IMG/VR virus record: IMGVR_UViG_3300006919_000046
From: an uncultured virus (IMG/VR IMGVR_UViG_3300006919_000046)
Lineage: Duplodnaviria > Heunggongvirae > Uroviricota > Caudoviricetes
Direction: 5' to 3' (one strand)
DNA length: 64,000 bases
Shown here piece after piece: positions 38,447-47,600 of the stretch. Each line of letters starts with the position of its first letter. Within the stretch, counting starts at the first letter, position 1. The notes beneath the pieces were generated by a model. The model saw only the letters and a program-made list of their open reading frames with translations, was not told where the DNA came from and ran no database searches. The translations under genes were made by a program, and so were the position numbers.

Positions 38447-38720
38447 ATGTTTTTAATTTAATAAATGGTTAAAAAAATATAGCTAAGAGTTTTATAGTTT
38501 TCCACATCTTGTGGAAAAGTGTTGATAATTGTGGAAAAACTCATTGAAAAGCTCTTGAAATCTTGTATAAAGCCCTCAGGACCTTGTGGGCCCTTGAGTA
38601 TAAAGCCCTCCAAGTCTTGTGTATAAAGCCCTCAGGACCTTGTGATCTTAGCGAGCATAACATAAGGACCGCACTTTGTCAACCCACAAGGTCAAAAATC
38701 CCACACATAAGGTCCGCAAA
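38447..38720. other. Non-coding region with AT-rich tract, DnaA-box-like sites and direct repeats (candidate origin)
   Basis: TTTTCCACA at 38498; TGTGGAAAA at 38510 and 38530; TGTTGATAA at 38520; GTATAAAGCCCTCAGGACCTTGTG at 38565 and 38621, with a variant at 38598. Confidence 0.5.
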
Positions 38721-38754
38721 TTGTCACCGTGCCAGATAAATACTCCGACGATTC

Positions 38755-38783
38755 TTGACATTTCGGCGCCGATATCCTAGAAT
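38755..38783 (+). promoter_or_regulatory. sigma70-type early promoter
   Basis: TTGACA-17 bp-TAGAAT. Confidence 0.8.
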
Positions 38784-38810
38784 ACTCAAGTCACAACAAA
38801 GGAGCGAATC

Positions 38811-38984
38811 ATGTCTCTCAGTTATCTTCAGGCCCAGAAGCATCGTTATCGTATCACTCTGGAGATTGAAGCACTTGCAGACTTTAACCCTCATCAACTT
38901 GATTGGGAGAAACTCTTCAAGCTTGAACCTGCGGAAAAGTGTGAGGCATATGTTGAGGACTTGAGTACACCCGACCGTTGGTGA
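38811..38984 (+). CDS. Small cyanophage protein (57 aa, not in track)
   Basis: AGGAG RBS; MSLSYLQAQKHRYRITLEIE...AYVEDLSTPDRW. Confidence 0.7.
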   Translation: MSLSYLQAQKHRYRITLEIEALADFNPHQLDWEKLFKLEPAEKCEAYVEDLSTPDRW

Positions 38985-39040
38985 GTAACAGTTACTGAGC
39001 CACATAAAGTGTAGCAGTAGTGTAAGCAACCGACTCAAAC

Positions 39041-39193
39041 ATGTCCAAGACACTGATGCTCTCCGCCCTGCGTCAAGGTAACACTGGCACTCAAATTCTT
39101 GAGATTCTGAATGCACTTGTGAGCGACGGTGAGGGTAGCGAATCGGGTAATTATGCCGCCGATGGTCCTACCCTACTCCCCGTGGAGTTCTGA
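39041..39193 (+). CDS. Small hypothetical protein (50 aa, not in track)
   Basis: MSKTLMLSALRQGNTGTQILEILNAL...; follows repeat copy 17. Confidence 0.6.
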   Translation: MSKTLMLSALRQGNTGTQILEILNALVSDGEGSESGNYAADGPTLLPVEF

Positions 39194-39256
39194 TACCTTA
39201 GAGGCGCTTCTAGGTGCCTCTCACAGTCTTAAATCGTTTCCCCTTAAGTAACTCAA

Positions 39257-39457
39257 ATGCTTGCTAATCGTCAAATTTTGATTGATGCTCTCGTCGAGGC
39301 AACTATCGACGGAATGACACCTTCGGACCTTGAATGTGCACTGTCTGATTATATGCGTGAAAATCTGGAAGGTGTTAGTGATGAGCAGCTACTTTATGAG
39401 TTCCGTTGGACGTTCCCCGAAGTGGTAACAGTTACTGAGCCCCTTAAAGTGTTCTAG
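39257..39457 (+). CDS. Small acidic hypothetical protein
   Basis: C-terminus reads through repeat copy 18 (TEPLKVF*). Confidence 0.6.
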   Translation: MLANRQILIDALVEATIDGMTPSDLECALSDYMRENLEGVSDEQLLYEFRWTFPEVVTVTEPLKVF

Positions 39458-39506
39458 TAGTGTAAGGGGCACAACCCCACTAAATTAACCTCTCATTCGT
39501 TCCTAA

Positions 39507-39758
39507 ATGACTGCTACTTTCCAAACTAATCTCACAGATACCACCTACAACGGTTGGACTAACTACGAAACCTGGAATGTTTCTCTCTGGATACAGAATG
39601 ATGAGTTTCTTTATAATCTCGCTCAGAAATGCGATTCTTATGAGGATTTTCTGAGTGTACTCAAAGAGTTAAACACTGTAGCAACTCCTGATGGGGTAAG
39701 GTATGCTGACCCCGCAGTGAACGCTATCGAACTAGACACAGACGTGTTCGATTACTGA
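39507..39758 (+). CDS. Conserved phage protein (YNGWTNYETW motif)
   Basis: YNGWTNYETWNVSLWIQNDE...TPDGV. Confidence 0.75.
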   Translation: MTATFQTNLTDTTYNGWTNYETWNVSLWIQNDEFLYNLAQKCDSYEDFLSVLKELNTVATPDGVRYADPAVNAIELDTDVFDY

Positions 39759-39923
39759 TGCTTACTGTACTGCCCTTCGTTGATACTTAGGGCAGTCTTA
39801 TTCGTATGCGTATTCGGCAGTTATTATGCCGGGTCGTTTATACCGCCGCGGCGCCCTGCCGTTATAAAAACCCCTCACTACCCTAACCTACAGAGGTGAC
39901 AAAACGCGAGAGAGATATAAAGA

Positions 39924-40109
39924 ATGAAAAAAAATTTCGCGGAGAAAAAAAACATGAGAAAACCCCGACCGTATTGGAATTTCTGGAAGGTAATCTTTGC
40001 GGGGTGGTTAATAAGGTATCCGGGGAGATTCTTCGAGGTATTTCGATTTCCTTTGTTTACGGCACTGGGACTTTGTATTATTGTGATATATAATGCAGTA
40101 TCGAAATGA
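39924..40109 (+). CDS. Small membrane protein (probable start 39954)
   Basis: PYWNFWKVIFAGWLIRYPG plus a TM helix. Confidence 0.55.
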   Translation: MKKNFAEKKNMRKPRPYWNFWKVIFAGWLIRYPGRFFEVFRFPLFTALGLCIIVIYNAVSK

Positions 40110-40342
40110 GACTGAAAGAAAAAAATTTTCAGGTATTTTTTATGAACCAGCAAGTCAAGGTATATCACATATATGCAAAGGATAGGTGTATATTTCATTC
40201 TATCAGTGAGGATGAGTTCAGTGTTACATGGAAGACACTGAATAATATGGTAGGCCTACTCAAGACTGAGTATTGTGTAGATGACCTATCATATGAGGAA
40301 CTCACAGTCAATCGTATGGCAGAATTAAATTCGTCACATTGA
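40106..40342 (+). CDS. Small cyanophage protein (probable start 40142)
   Basis: VYHIYAKDRCIFHS...LSYEEL. Confidence 0.65.
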   Translation: MRLKEKNFQVFFMNQQVKVYHIYAKDRCIFHSISEDEFSVTWKTLNNMVGLLKTEYCVDDLSYEELTVNRMAELNSSH

Positions 40343-40367
40343 CAAGACCCTAAATAGGGAGTAAAAT
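40339..40367 (+). promoter_or_regulatory. sigma70-type promoter with an internal CTAAATA late-type motif
   Basis: TTGACA-17 bp-TAAAAT. Confidence 0.75.
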
Positions 40368-40390
40368 TGAACTGAAAGTTAATTTCAATT

Positions 40391-41167
40391 ATGGCAAAAG
40401 GATTTACAGTAAAAGCAAAAGCACCCACTACCAGTAAACCAGAAGGAGAGGAGTGGGATTATACAGCAATCAAGGAGCGGATGCGAGGCAAGTCAATTGT
40501 ATTCTGTCTTCCTGGTCGTGGATGTTCATTTATTTTTCTGAAAGCATTTGTACAATTATGTTTTGACATGGTACAGAATGGAATGAGTATTCAGATTAGT
40601 CAAGATTATTCATCGATGGTTAATTTTGCTCGTTGCAAGTGTCTTGGAGCAAATGTATTGAGAGGTCCAAAGCAAGTACCATGGGATGGAAAGTTGAAAT
40701 ATGATTATCAACTTTGGATTGACTCGGATATTGTCTTTGACACTAACAAGTTCTGGCAATTGTGCGATCTTGCACTTTCTGAGGATGGAACAGAGCATGA
40801 AATTACTGCTGGATGGTATGCCACAGAAGATGGACGCACAACATCTGTCGCACATTGGTTGGAGGAAGAAGATTTCCGTAACAATGGTGGAGTAATGAAT
40901 CATGAAACAGTAGAGAGTATTTCAAAGCGTCGTAAACCATTTACTGTTGATTATACAGGATTTGGTTGGGTATTAATTAAGAACGGGGTATTTGAGAATC
41001 TTGAGTATCCATGGTTTGCACCTAAGATGCAAGTCTTTGAATCTGGTGCAGTTCAAGATATGTGTGGAGAGGATGTTTCATTCTGTCTTGATGCAAAGGA
41101 AGAAGGATTTGAGATTTGGTGCGATCCTCGAATTCGTGTTGGGCATGAAAAGACTCGTGTAATTTGA
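40391..41167 (+). CDS. GT-A fold glycosyltransferase-like cyanophage protein
   Basis: LWIDSDIVF, YTGFGWVLI, GEDVSFC and VGHEK. Confidence 0.8.
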   Translation: MAKGFTVKAKAPTTSKPEGEEWDYTAIKERMRGKSIVFCLPGRGCSFIFLKAFVQLCFDMVQNGMSIQISQDYSSMVNFARCKCLGANVLRGPKQVPWDGKLKYDYQLWIDSDIVFDTNKFWQLCDLALSEDGTEHEITAGWYATEDGRTTSVAHWLEEEDFRNNGGVMNHETVESISKRRKPFTVDYTGFGWVLIKNGVFENLEYPWFAPKMQVFESGAVQDMCGEDVSFCLDAKEEGFEIWCDPRIRVGHEKTRVI

Positions 41168-41183
41168 TAGGAGATTTTAATTT

Positions 41184-41318
41184 ATGGCTTATAATAAGAC
41201 TACATTTGTTCCAGGAGCACCTAAAAAGACTCGCCAAGGACGTTCTTCTCGCACATTGCTTTCAGCAACATCTCGTAATGGAAAGAGGAAAAAGTATCGC
41301 GGACAGGGTAGGGGTTAA
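41184..41318 (+). CDS. Small basic protein (44 aa, not in track)
   Basis: PKKTRQG...KKYRGQG; AGGAG RBS. Confidence 0.7.
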   Translation: MAYNKTTFVPGAPKKTRQGRSSRTLLSATSRNGKRKKYRGQGRG

Positions 41319-41340
41319 ATAAAACATTCATTAAAAAAAA

Positions 41341-41997
41341 ATGAGTTGTCTTATCACTAACCTCCCATCAAAAGAAATATGGGTTCGTAAAGAATATCTT
41401 ACAGACCATCAGAGTGGGCACGGTGAATTTGTAAAGGGCGTTTGGGTTTCGGCAAAGTCGATTCCTGGACGCGCTTTTTATTTTGAGACATATTTACCAG
41501 AATATGCCGCAATGTATGACAAATTGCCAATTAGTGCCTTTTTGTCTCGTCCAGAAACTCCAGATCCAGACTTAAACCTACCAAATTTACAATTTTGGAA
41601 TTGTATGGATTATGGTGTAGTGAGTATTGATAAAAAATTTATTGGAAGTATGGATTTTGAATGCTATACTCGCGATTATGGCATTCAAAAAGGTACTTAT
41701 ATTTGCACAATCGATAATTATCATCATGATCCAGACTATGTTGATTGGGCTACGAGTGAAAATCCTGCTGAACACAAATCTCATAACCTCATTGAACTGA
41801 ATAATGGTCAATTTGCACTCTATCCAAACAACAGATTGCGTATTTTTGACAACAGTCTGACACCTACAGAACCAAAAATACCTGATTTTAAGGTTTCAAC
41901 ACAATATTACCAAGTTGAAAATAGTTATGAGCGCCTTGGAATGGGTAATGAAGACGAATATCATTGGAAGACAGCACAAGAGCGTGAAAATAAATAA
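41341..41997 (+). CDS. Conserved hypothetical cyanomyophage protein
   Basis: WVRKEYL...YDKLPISAF...EHKSHN...YPNNR. Confidence 0.75.
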   Translation: MSCLITNLPSKEIWVRKEYLTDHQSGHGEFVKGVWVSAKSIPGRAFYFETYLPEYAAMYDKLPISAFLSRPETPDPDLNLPNLQFWNCMDYGVVSIDKKFIGSMDFECYTRDYGIQKGTYICTIDNYHHDPDYVDWATSENPAEHKSHNLIELNNGQFALYPNNRLRIFDNSLTPTEPKIPDFKVSTQYYQVENSYERLGMGNEDEYHWKTAQERENK

Positions 41998-42056
41998 AAA
42001 ATAAGGGATAGCAACCCCTTAAAAAGTTCTGTTCAACCTATAAAAGGAGAAAACAG

Positions 42057-42308
42057 ATGGCAATTCACCCCAATCCAGACCGCGATTCAAGTTATATGAG
42101 AGAAATGTGGGGTACAAGTGGATTAATTGCAGATTATTGGAGCAAAACACCTGGAGATTTAAAAAAACAAATGCTTCGTGAGATTAATAATGACAATATG
42201 ACACCAAAAAAGCATGATTTTGCTGTTCAGAAAGAAATTCATGAAAAAATTCGCAATGATAATGATTATGATGACTGGGAATACGGTACAGAACCTATTT
42301 TTGGGTGA
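42057..42308 (+). CDS. Small hypothetical protein
   Basis: AGGAG RBS; lies upstream of gp25. Confidence 0.7.
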   Translation: MAIHPNPDRDSSYMREMWGTSGLIADYWSKTPGDLKKQMLREINNDNMTPKKHDFAVQKEIHEKIRNDNDYDDWEYGTEPIFG

Positions 42309-42332
42309 TAAATAAGATAGAATTAGAGTCTA

Positions 42333-42740
42333 TTGATGCCAGTAGAGCGAGTCAGTAAACAATTTAAAGATATTAGTCTGACTTTTCAGGTGAATCCAAT
42401 AACATTTGATATCATTGATATTAGAAACGAGACATCTATTGCTCGCTCTATTCGTAATCTAGTATTGACTTTACGTGGAGAAAGATTTTTTAATCAAAAT
42501 CTTGGTTCTAATCTATCAAAAAGTCTTTTTGAAAATCTTAGCAGTATAACTGAATTAGAACTACGTGATGAAATTACCAATACAATTAATAATTATGAAC
42601 CAAGAGTAAAATTAATAAATGTTGATATAAACTCCTCAGAAATTGATGCAAATGAATTAAATGTAACTATTAGATATTATATTATTGGAATAGATGCGTT
42701 ACCACAACAACTTACTTTTGCACTACAGTCAGTACGATAA
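42333..42740 (+). CDS. gp25: Baseplate wedge subunit gp25
   Basis: IARSIRNLVLT..GERFF...GS...I.NYEPRV. Confidence 0.92.
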   Translation: MMPVERVSKQFKDISLTFQVNPITFDIIDIRNETSIARSIRNLVLTLRGERFFNQNLGSNLSKSLFENLSSITELELRDEITNTINNYEPRVKLINVDINSSEIDANELNVTIRYYIIGIDALPQQLTFALQSVR

Positions 42741-44641
42741 TGTCATTAGTTAACTTTACAAATTTAGATTTCGATCAAATAAAAACATCAATTCGAGATT
42801 ATCTAAAATCGAATTCAAATTTTACTGACTATGATTTTGAAGGTTCAAATCTATCAATTATTATTGATACGTTAGCATATAATACATATATTGCCTCTTA
42901 CAATGCTAATATGGTAAGTAATGAGGTTTTTATTGATAGTGCGACTTTAAGGGAAAATATAGTTTCTCTTGCAAGAAATATTGGATATGTTCCTAGGTCA
43001 AGAAGATCCTCAAAAGCAAACATTACATTCTCAGTAGCAATTAGCAATCCTACTATAAAATTTGTGACATTAAAAAGTGGAAATGTTTGTAGAAGTGAAA
43101 ATTTTGGAGATTTGGTATTTACATTTTCAATTTTAGATAATATTACTGTACCAGTAATAGATGGAACTGCAGTTTTTGATTCAATTGAAGTTATAGAAGG
43201 AACTGTTTTTAAAACTAACTTTACAGTAGACGCAAATAATTTAAATCAAAGATTCATATTAGAAAATAGAGGAATTGATACTACATCTCTTTTAGTAACT
43301 GTTAGGGATACAGAATCTTCAACAAGTATTAGAAAATATACAAATTCTTCAAGCATTTTAGATGTCACCTCAACATCTAAAGTTTATTTTCTTCAAGAAA
43401 TTGAAGATGAAAGATATGAATTAATATTTGGAGATGGAGTTTTTGGGTCTAAGCTTCAAAATAATAATTACATCGAAGCTTCATATATTATAAGTTCTGG
43501 AGAAAGTTCAAATGGAGTTTCTAATTTTAATTTTACTGGTTCATTATTTGACAATAAAGGAACTCCAGTTACAGAAGAAATTTCATTAATTACTACAAAT
43601 TTAAGTTCTTCTTCTGGATCTGAAATTGAATCTGTAAATTCTATTCGCAATTTTGCTCCGAGATTATATTCTGCACAAAATAGAGCAGTGACTGCATCAG
43701 ATTATGAGACTATTGTTTCTAGAATTTATTCCGAAGCAGAGTCTGTAAGTGCTTTTGGTGGAGAAGATTTAAATCCTCCACAATTTGGAAAGGTTTTTAT
43801 TTCAATAAAACCAAAGTTTGGATCTTTTATATCAAATAATATTAAAGATAATATCAAACAAAGACTTAAAAAATATACAGTTGCTGGCATATCACCTGAA
43901 ATATTAGATATTAAATTTCTTTATATTGAATTGGAAACAAACGCATACTACAACTCAAATACAACTTTGAGTCAAAATGCACTAATAACAAAAATATATG
44001 ACAATATAAATGCATATTCGGATTCTGAAGAGTTGAATAAGTATGGTGCAAGATTTAAATATAGTAAGTATCAAACACTCGTCGATAATACTGATGCTGC
44101 TATTACTTCAAATATTACAAGAATTCAAATTAGAAGAGATTTAAAAGTATCTCAGAATCAATTTGCCCAGTATGAGATTTGTTTTAGAAATGCATTTTAT
44201 GTCAAAAATGTCAGTGGATATAATATAAAATCTTCTGGATTTAAAGTAAGTGGAATATCAAACATAGTTTATTTTGGAGATTCTCCAAATCCAGATAAAA
44301 AGTCTGGAAGTTTGTTCTTATTCTATTTAAATTCGGATAATACTCCTGTCATTGTGAAAAGGTCTATTGGTACTGTTGATTATTTGACAGGAGAAATTGT
44401 AACAAATCCATTGAATATCATTTCTACAGCAAAAAATGACGGTGGAACTCCTATCATTGAGATATCTGCTATTCCACAGTCAAATGATGTTCTTGGAGTG
44501 CAGGACATTTATTTGCAGATAGATATTAATAGAACACTTGTCAATGTATTACCAGATAATGTTGAATCTGGTTCAGATACTTCTGGATCAAATTATATCG
44601 TTACCTCTAGTTATTCAAATGGCAATTTAGTCAGAAATTAA
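42740..44641 (+). CDS. gp6: Baseplate wedge subunit gp6
   Basis: LDFDQIK...FTDYDFEGS...LAYNT...DSATLRENIVSLARNIGY; QNRAVTASDY. Confidence 0.95.
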   Translation: MSLVNFTNLDFDQIKTSIRDYLKSNSNFTDYDFEGSNLSIIIDTLAYNTYIASYNANMVSNEVFIDSATLRENIVSLARNIGYVPRSRRSSKANITFSVAISNPTIKFVTLKSGNVCRSENFGDLVFTFSILDNITVPVIDGTAVFDSIEVIEGTVFKTNFTVDANNLNQRFILENRGIDTTSLLVTVRDTESSTSIRKYTNSSSILDVTSTSKVYFLQEIEDERYELIFGDGVFGSKLQNNNYIEASYIISSGESSNGVSNFNFTGSLFDNKGTPVTEEISLITTNLSSSSGSEIESVNSIRNFAPRLYSAQNRAVTASDYETIVSRIYSEAESVSAFGGEDLNPPQFGKVFISIKPKFGSFISNNIKDNIKQRLKKYTVAGISPEILDIKFLYIELETNAYYNSNTTLSQNALITKIYDNINAYSDSEELNKYGARFKYSKYQTLVDNTDAAITSNITRIQIRRDLKVSQNQFAQYEICFRNAFYVKNVSGYNIKSSGFKVSGISNIVYFGDSPNPDKKSGSLFLFYLNSDNTPVIVKRSIGTVDYLTGEIVTNPLNIISTAKNDGGTPIIEISAIPQSNDVLGVQDIYLQIDINRTLVNVLPDNVESGSDTSGSNYIVTSSYSNGNLVRN

Positions 44642-44644
44642 TAA

Positions 44645-47600
44645 ATGGAAAGCAGAGTAAAAATCAGTTCTATTGTAGAATCTCAATTACCTTCTTTTGT
44701 TAGAGAAGATTATCCTCTTGTAGGCGAACTTTTAAGAGAATATTACAAATCACTAGAATCAAAAGGTTCTGCATACGATATCTTACAAAATATAGACCAA
44801 TATGTTGATGCTAATAACTTAATAAATTTTACAGAAACTACTAATCTCACACAAGATGTACAAATATTTGATGATATTATCAATGTAGAAACTACAAAAG
44901 GATTTCCAAATACTTATGGTATTGTTAGCATTGATAATGAATTAATTTTATATAAGTCAAAAACAGAAACTCAATTTTTAAATTGTTCAAGGGGATTTAG
45001 TTCAGTTATAGGATACTCAGAAAATGATACTGAAGACTTAACTTTTTCTGATAGTTTGGCAGATTTTCATTCCCAACTTGATATTACTGGAGAAAATCCA
45101 AATAGAGTTAAAAACATTGGCTCACTATTTTTAAAAGAGTTTTTTAAGAAAACAAAAAGTCAATATCTTTTTGGATTTGAAGGTAGAGAATTATTTTCTG
45201 AAGTAAATAAAAATATAGTTCTTAAGCAGTCTAAGGATTTTTATTCATCAAAAGGAACAGAAAGATCTTTTGAAATATTATTCAGAATTCTTTATGGAAA
45301 AGATGTTGAAGTTATTTTACCAAAAAATAATCTAATTCAACCATCATCAGCAAATTATAGAGTATCAAGAAATTTTGTTGCTGAGGGAGTACAAGGAAAT
45401 ATTGAAGACCTTAGAAATAGAACCATATTTCAAAATCAATTTGCAAATATCACAAAATCTTTTGGTACAGTAAGCAACGTACAAAAAATAATTAGAAAAG
45501 GAAAAATATATTATACATTAAGTGTTGATTTTGATTTTGATAAAGATGTTATTGTTTCAGGTTCTATTTTTGGAAATTTACAGGTAAATCCAAAAACAAA
45601 AATAATAGATGATGTATCAATATCTTCGGATACTATTTGTGTCGATTCTACAATAGGATTTCCAAAAAGTGGCCAATTGACTGTAAATTTAAATGGAACT
45701 GATTTAGTAATTAATTACAAATCAAAAACAATTAATGAATTTTTAGGTTGTTCAGGAATAACTCAGACTATTCCCAACGAATCGGAAATTTCTTTGAATA
45801 CCTATGCCTATGCTTTTGATGACAATGGTGATGAAATAAGATTTAGAATTACTGGAGTTTTATCTGAAGTAGAACTTTCCAGAGAAAATTTTTACTATGA
45901 AAAAGGTGATAAAGCAAGTATCACAAATCTTGGATATATTGGAAAAAATTACCAAGAAAACAATTGGTTTTTCAATACTTCGGTACTATGTAATGTTAAA
46001 ACATTCTCAATAAAAGGTAATGGAAATTATTTTGTAGAAACTTTTGATTTTAATGGAATTTACAAAGGAGATTCTGTAGAGATTGACTATGTAGATGGAA
46101 TAGATGATCAAAGAAAGACTGATATCATATCCGGAGAAAGTATATTATATACTTCAGGAAATGTTCCTGGAAGATCTTTTACAATAACAAATACTGACAA
46201 AAACATAAAAAATATTTTTTCTGTCAAAAAATTACTTTCAAAATACGATAAAAAATACATTTCAAATGTATCAAATGTATATAAAGACTTTGATGAAAAT
46301 ATTGAATATATTACATCTTCATCTCTACCATCATATCCAAATAGACAGGAAATAAACACATCAAAGGTAATTTTAAAAAATAAAATAGATTCTGGAGAAT
46401 TAATTAATCTTGTTTCTTTTGGAGAAAATCATGGATTTTTGACGGGAGATGAAGTATCATTTTTCGTAAATTCGAGCAATCAATCTGGACTTGGTTTAAC
46501 AGTTATAACTGGTTCATATTACGTCAAAAAAATTGATGATAAATCAATTAAGTTGGCAAAAAGTAGGTCAGACTTAGCAAAAGATTCTTACTTATCTGTA
46601 GAAAATTTTGACCCGCAAGAATCTACATTCGAATCAGCAGGTACGTTATCTCTTAAAAAGTTTTCTAAAAATAAAAACCTTACAGTTTCTGAAGTAGACA
46701 CACAAAGATTAGTAAGACTCATAAAAAATCCAGAAATTGACGAAAAAAAATATAAAACTGAACCAGGAACTGTCGGGATTCTTATAAATGGCGTTGAAAT
46801 ACTCAACTACAAATCAAAAGACTCCATTTATTATGGCCCTATAAGAACAGCAGAGGTTGTTTCTCAAGGAAACAACTATGATATTATAAATCCGCCAGAG
46901 TTAGTTATTGATAAAGAAAGTGGAGATCAGGCTAAAGGATATGTTTCTGTAGAAGGATCTTTAAAGAGAATAGATGTTATAGATGGTGGATTTGATTATC
47001 TAGATGTACCTATCATTACTATTAAGGGAGGGTCTGGAAGTGGAGCTTCGGCAGAAGCAAAAATGATTAGTTATGATTATTTTATTGATATAAATTCATC
47101 TACAACAAATGAAAATATAAACCTTTCTACAAATACTCTCGGATTTTCAACATATCATAAGTTTAGAGATGGAGAATCTATAATATACAGAACAAATAAT
47201 AACCAAGTAATTGGAGGATTATCTACAGATGCAAAGTATTATGTGAAAGTAATTGATGATAATAAAATTACTTTACACAAAAATTTAGAAGATTCACTAA
47301 GTTCTTCTAATCCAGTAAATTTGACGGGATATGGGATAGGCAATCATAGATTTGAATCGACTATAAGAAAGCAAAAGATAAATTCAATTGAAATACTTAG
47401 TTCCGGAGAAGGATATAAAACAGCAAAAATCACTGTACCATCTTCAGGAATTATTACTTCCACAAATACAATAAAAGTAAATAATTCAAATAAATCTCCT
47501 TATAGTGATAAAGATATAATACAATATCTTGGGGGAGATTCTACTGTAGTTGGACTAACAACTGGAAGCAAATATATTGTAACAACAGTCGATGAAACTT

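Larger units (their letters stand above)
16757..39466 (+). repeat. Dispersed ~33-bp element at gene boundaries, 18 copies, all on the same strand (probable early promoter/cassette boundary)
   Basis: (A)CTGAGCC[A/C]CTTAAA[G/C/A]TGT..[C/T]AGTAGTGTAAG, starting at ~16757, 17976, 23912, 24961, 25641, 26566, 26846, 27399, 29460, 32403, 33330, 34798, 35674, 36609, 36998, 37875, 38994 and 39434. Confidence 0.95.

Noticed and set aside
38755..38964. Track ORF starting at TTG 38755
   Set aside because: The TTG is part of the TTGACA -35 box; the real gene is 38811..38984 in another frame, with an RBS.
38985..39435. GTAACAGTTAC before repeat copies 17 and 18 as NtcA sites
   Set aside because: Spacing is GTA-N5-TAC, not the GTA-N8-TAC consensus.
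16757..39466. 33-bp repeats as a CRISPR array
   Set aside because: Spacing runs from ~280 bp to ~6 kb with whole genes in between; there are no uniform spacers and no cas genes.
16757..39466. CACTT-A-AAGTG dyad as the functional core (attC or recombinase site)
   Set aside because: Seven copies read CCCTT and others AACTG or CACAT with no compensatory change, while TAAA.T is invariant. No integrase is present in the window.
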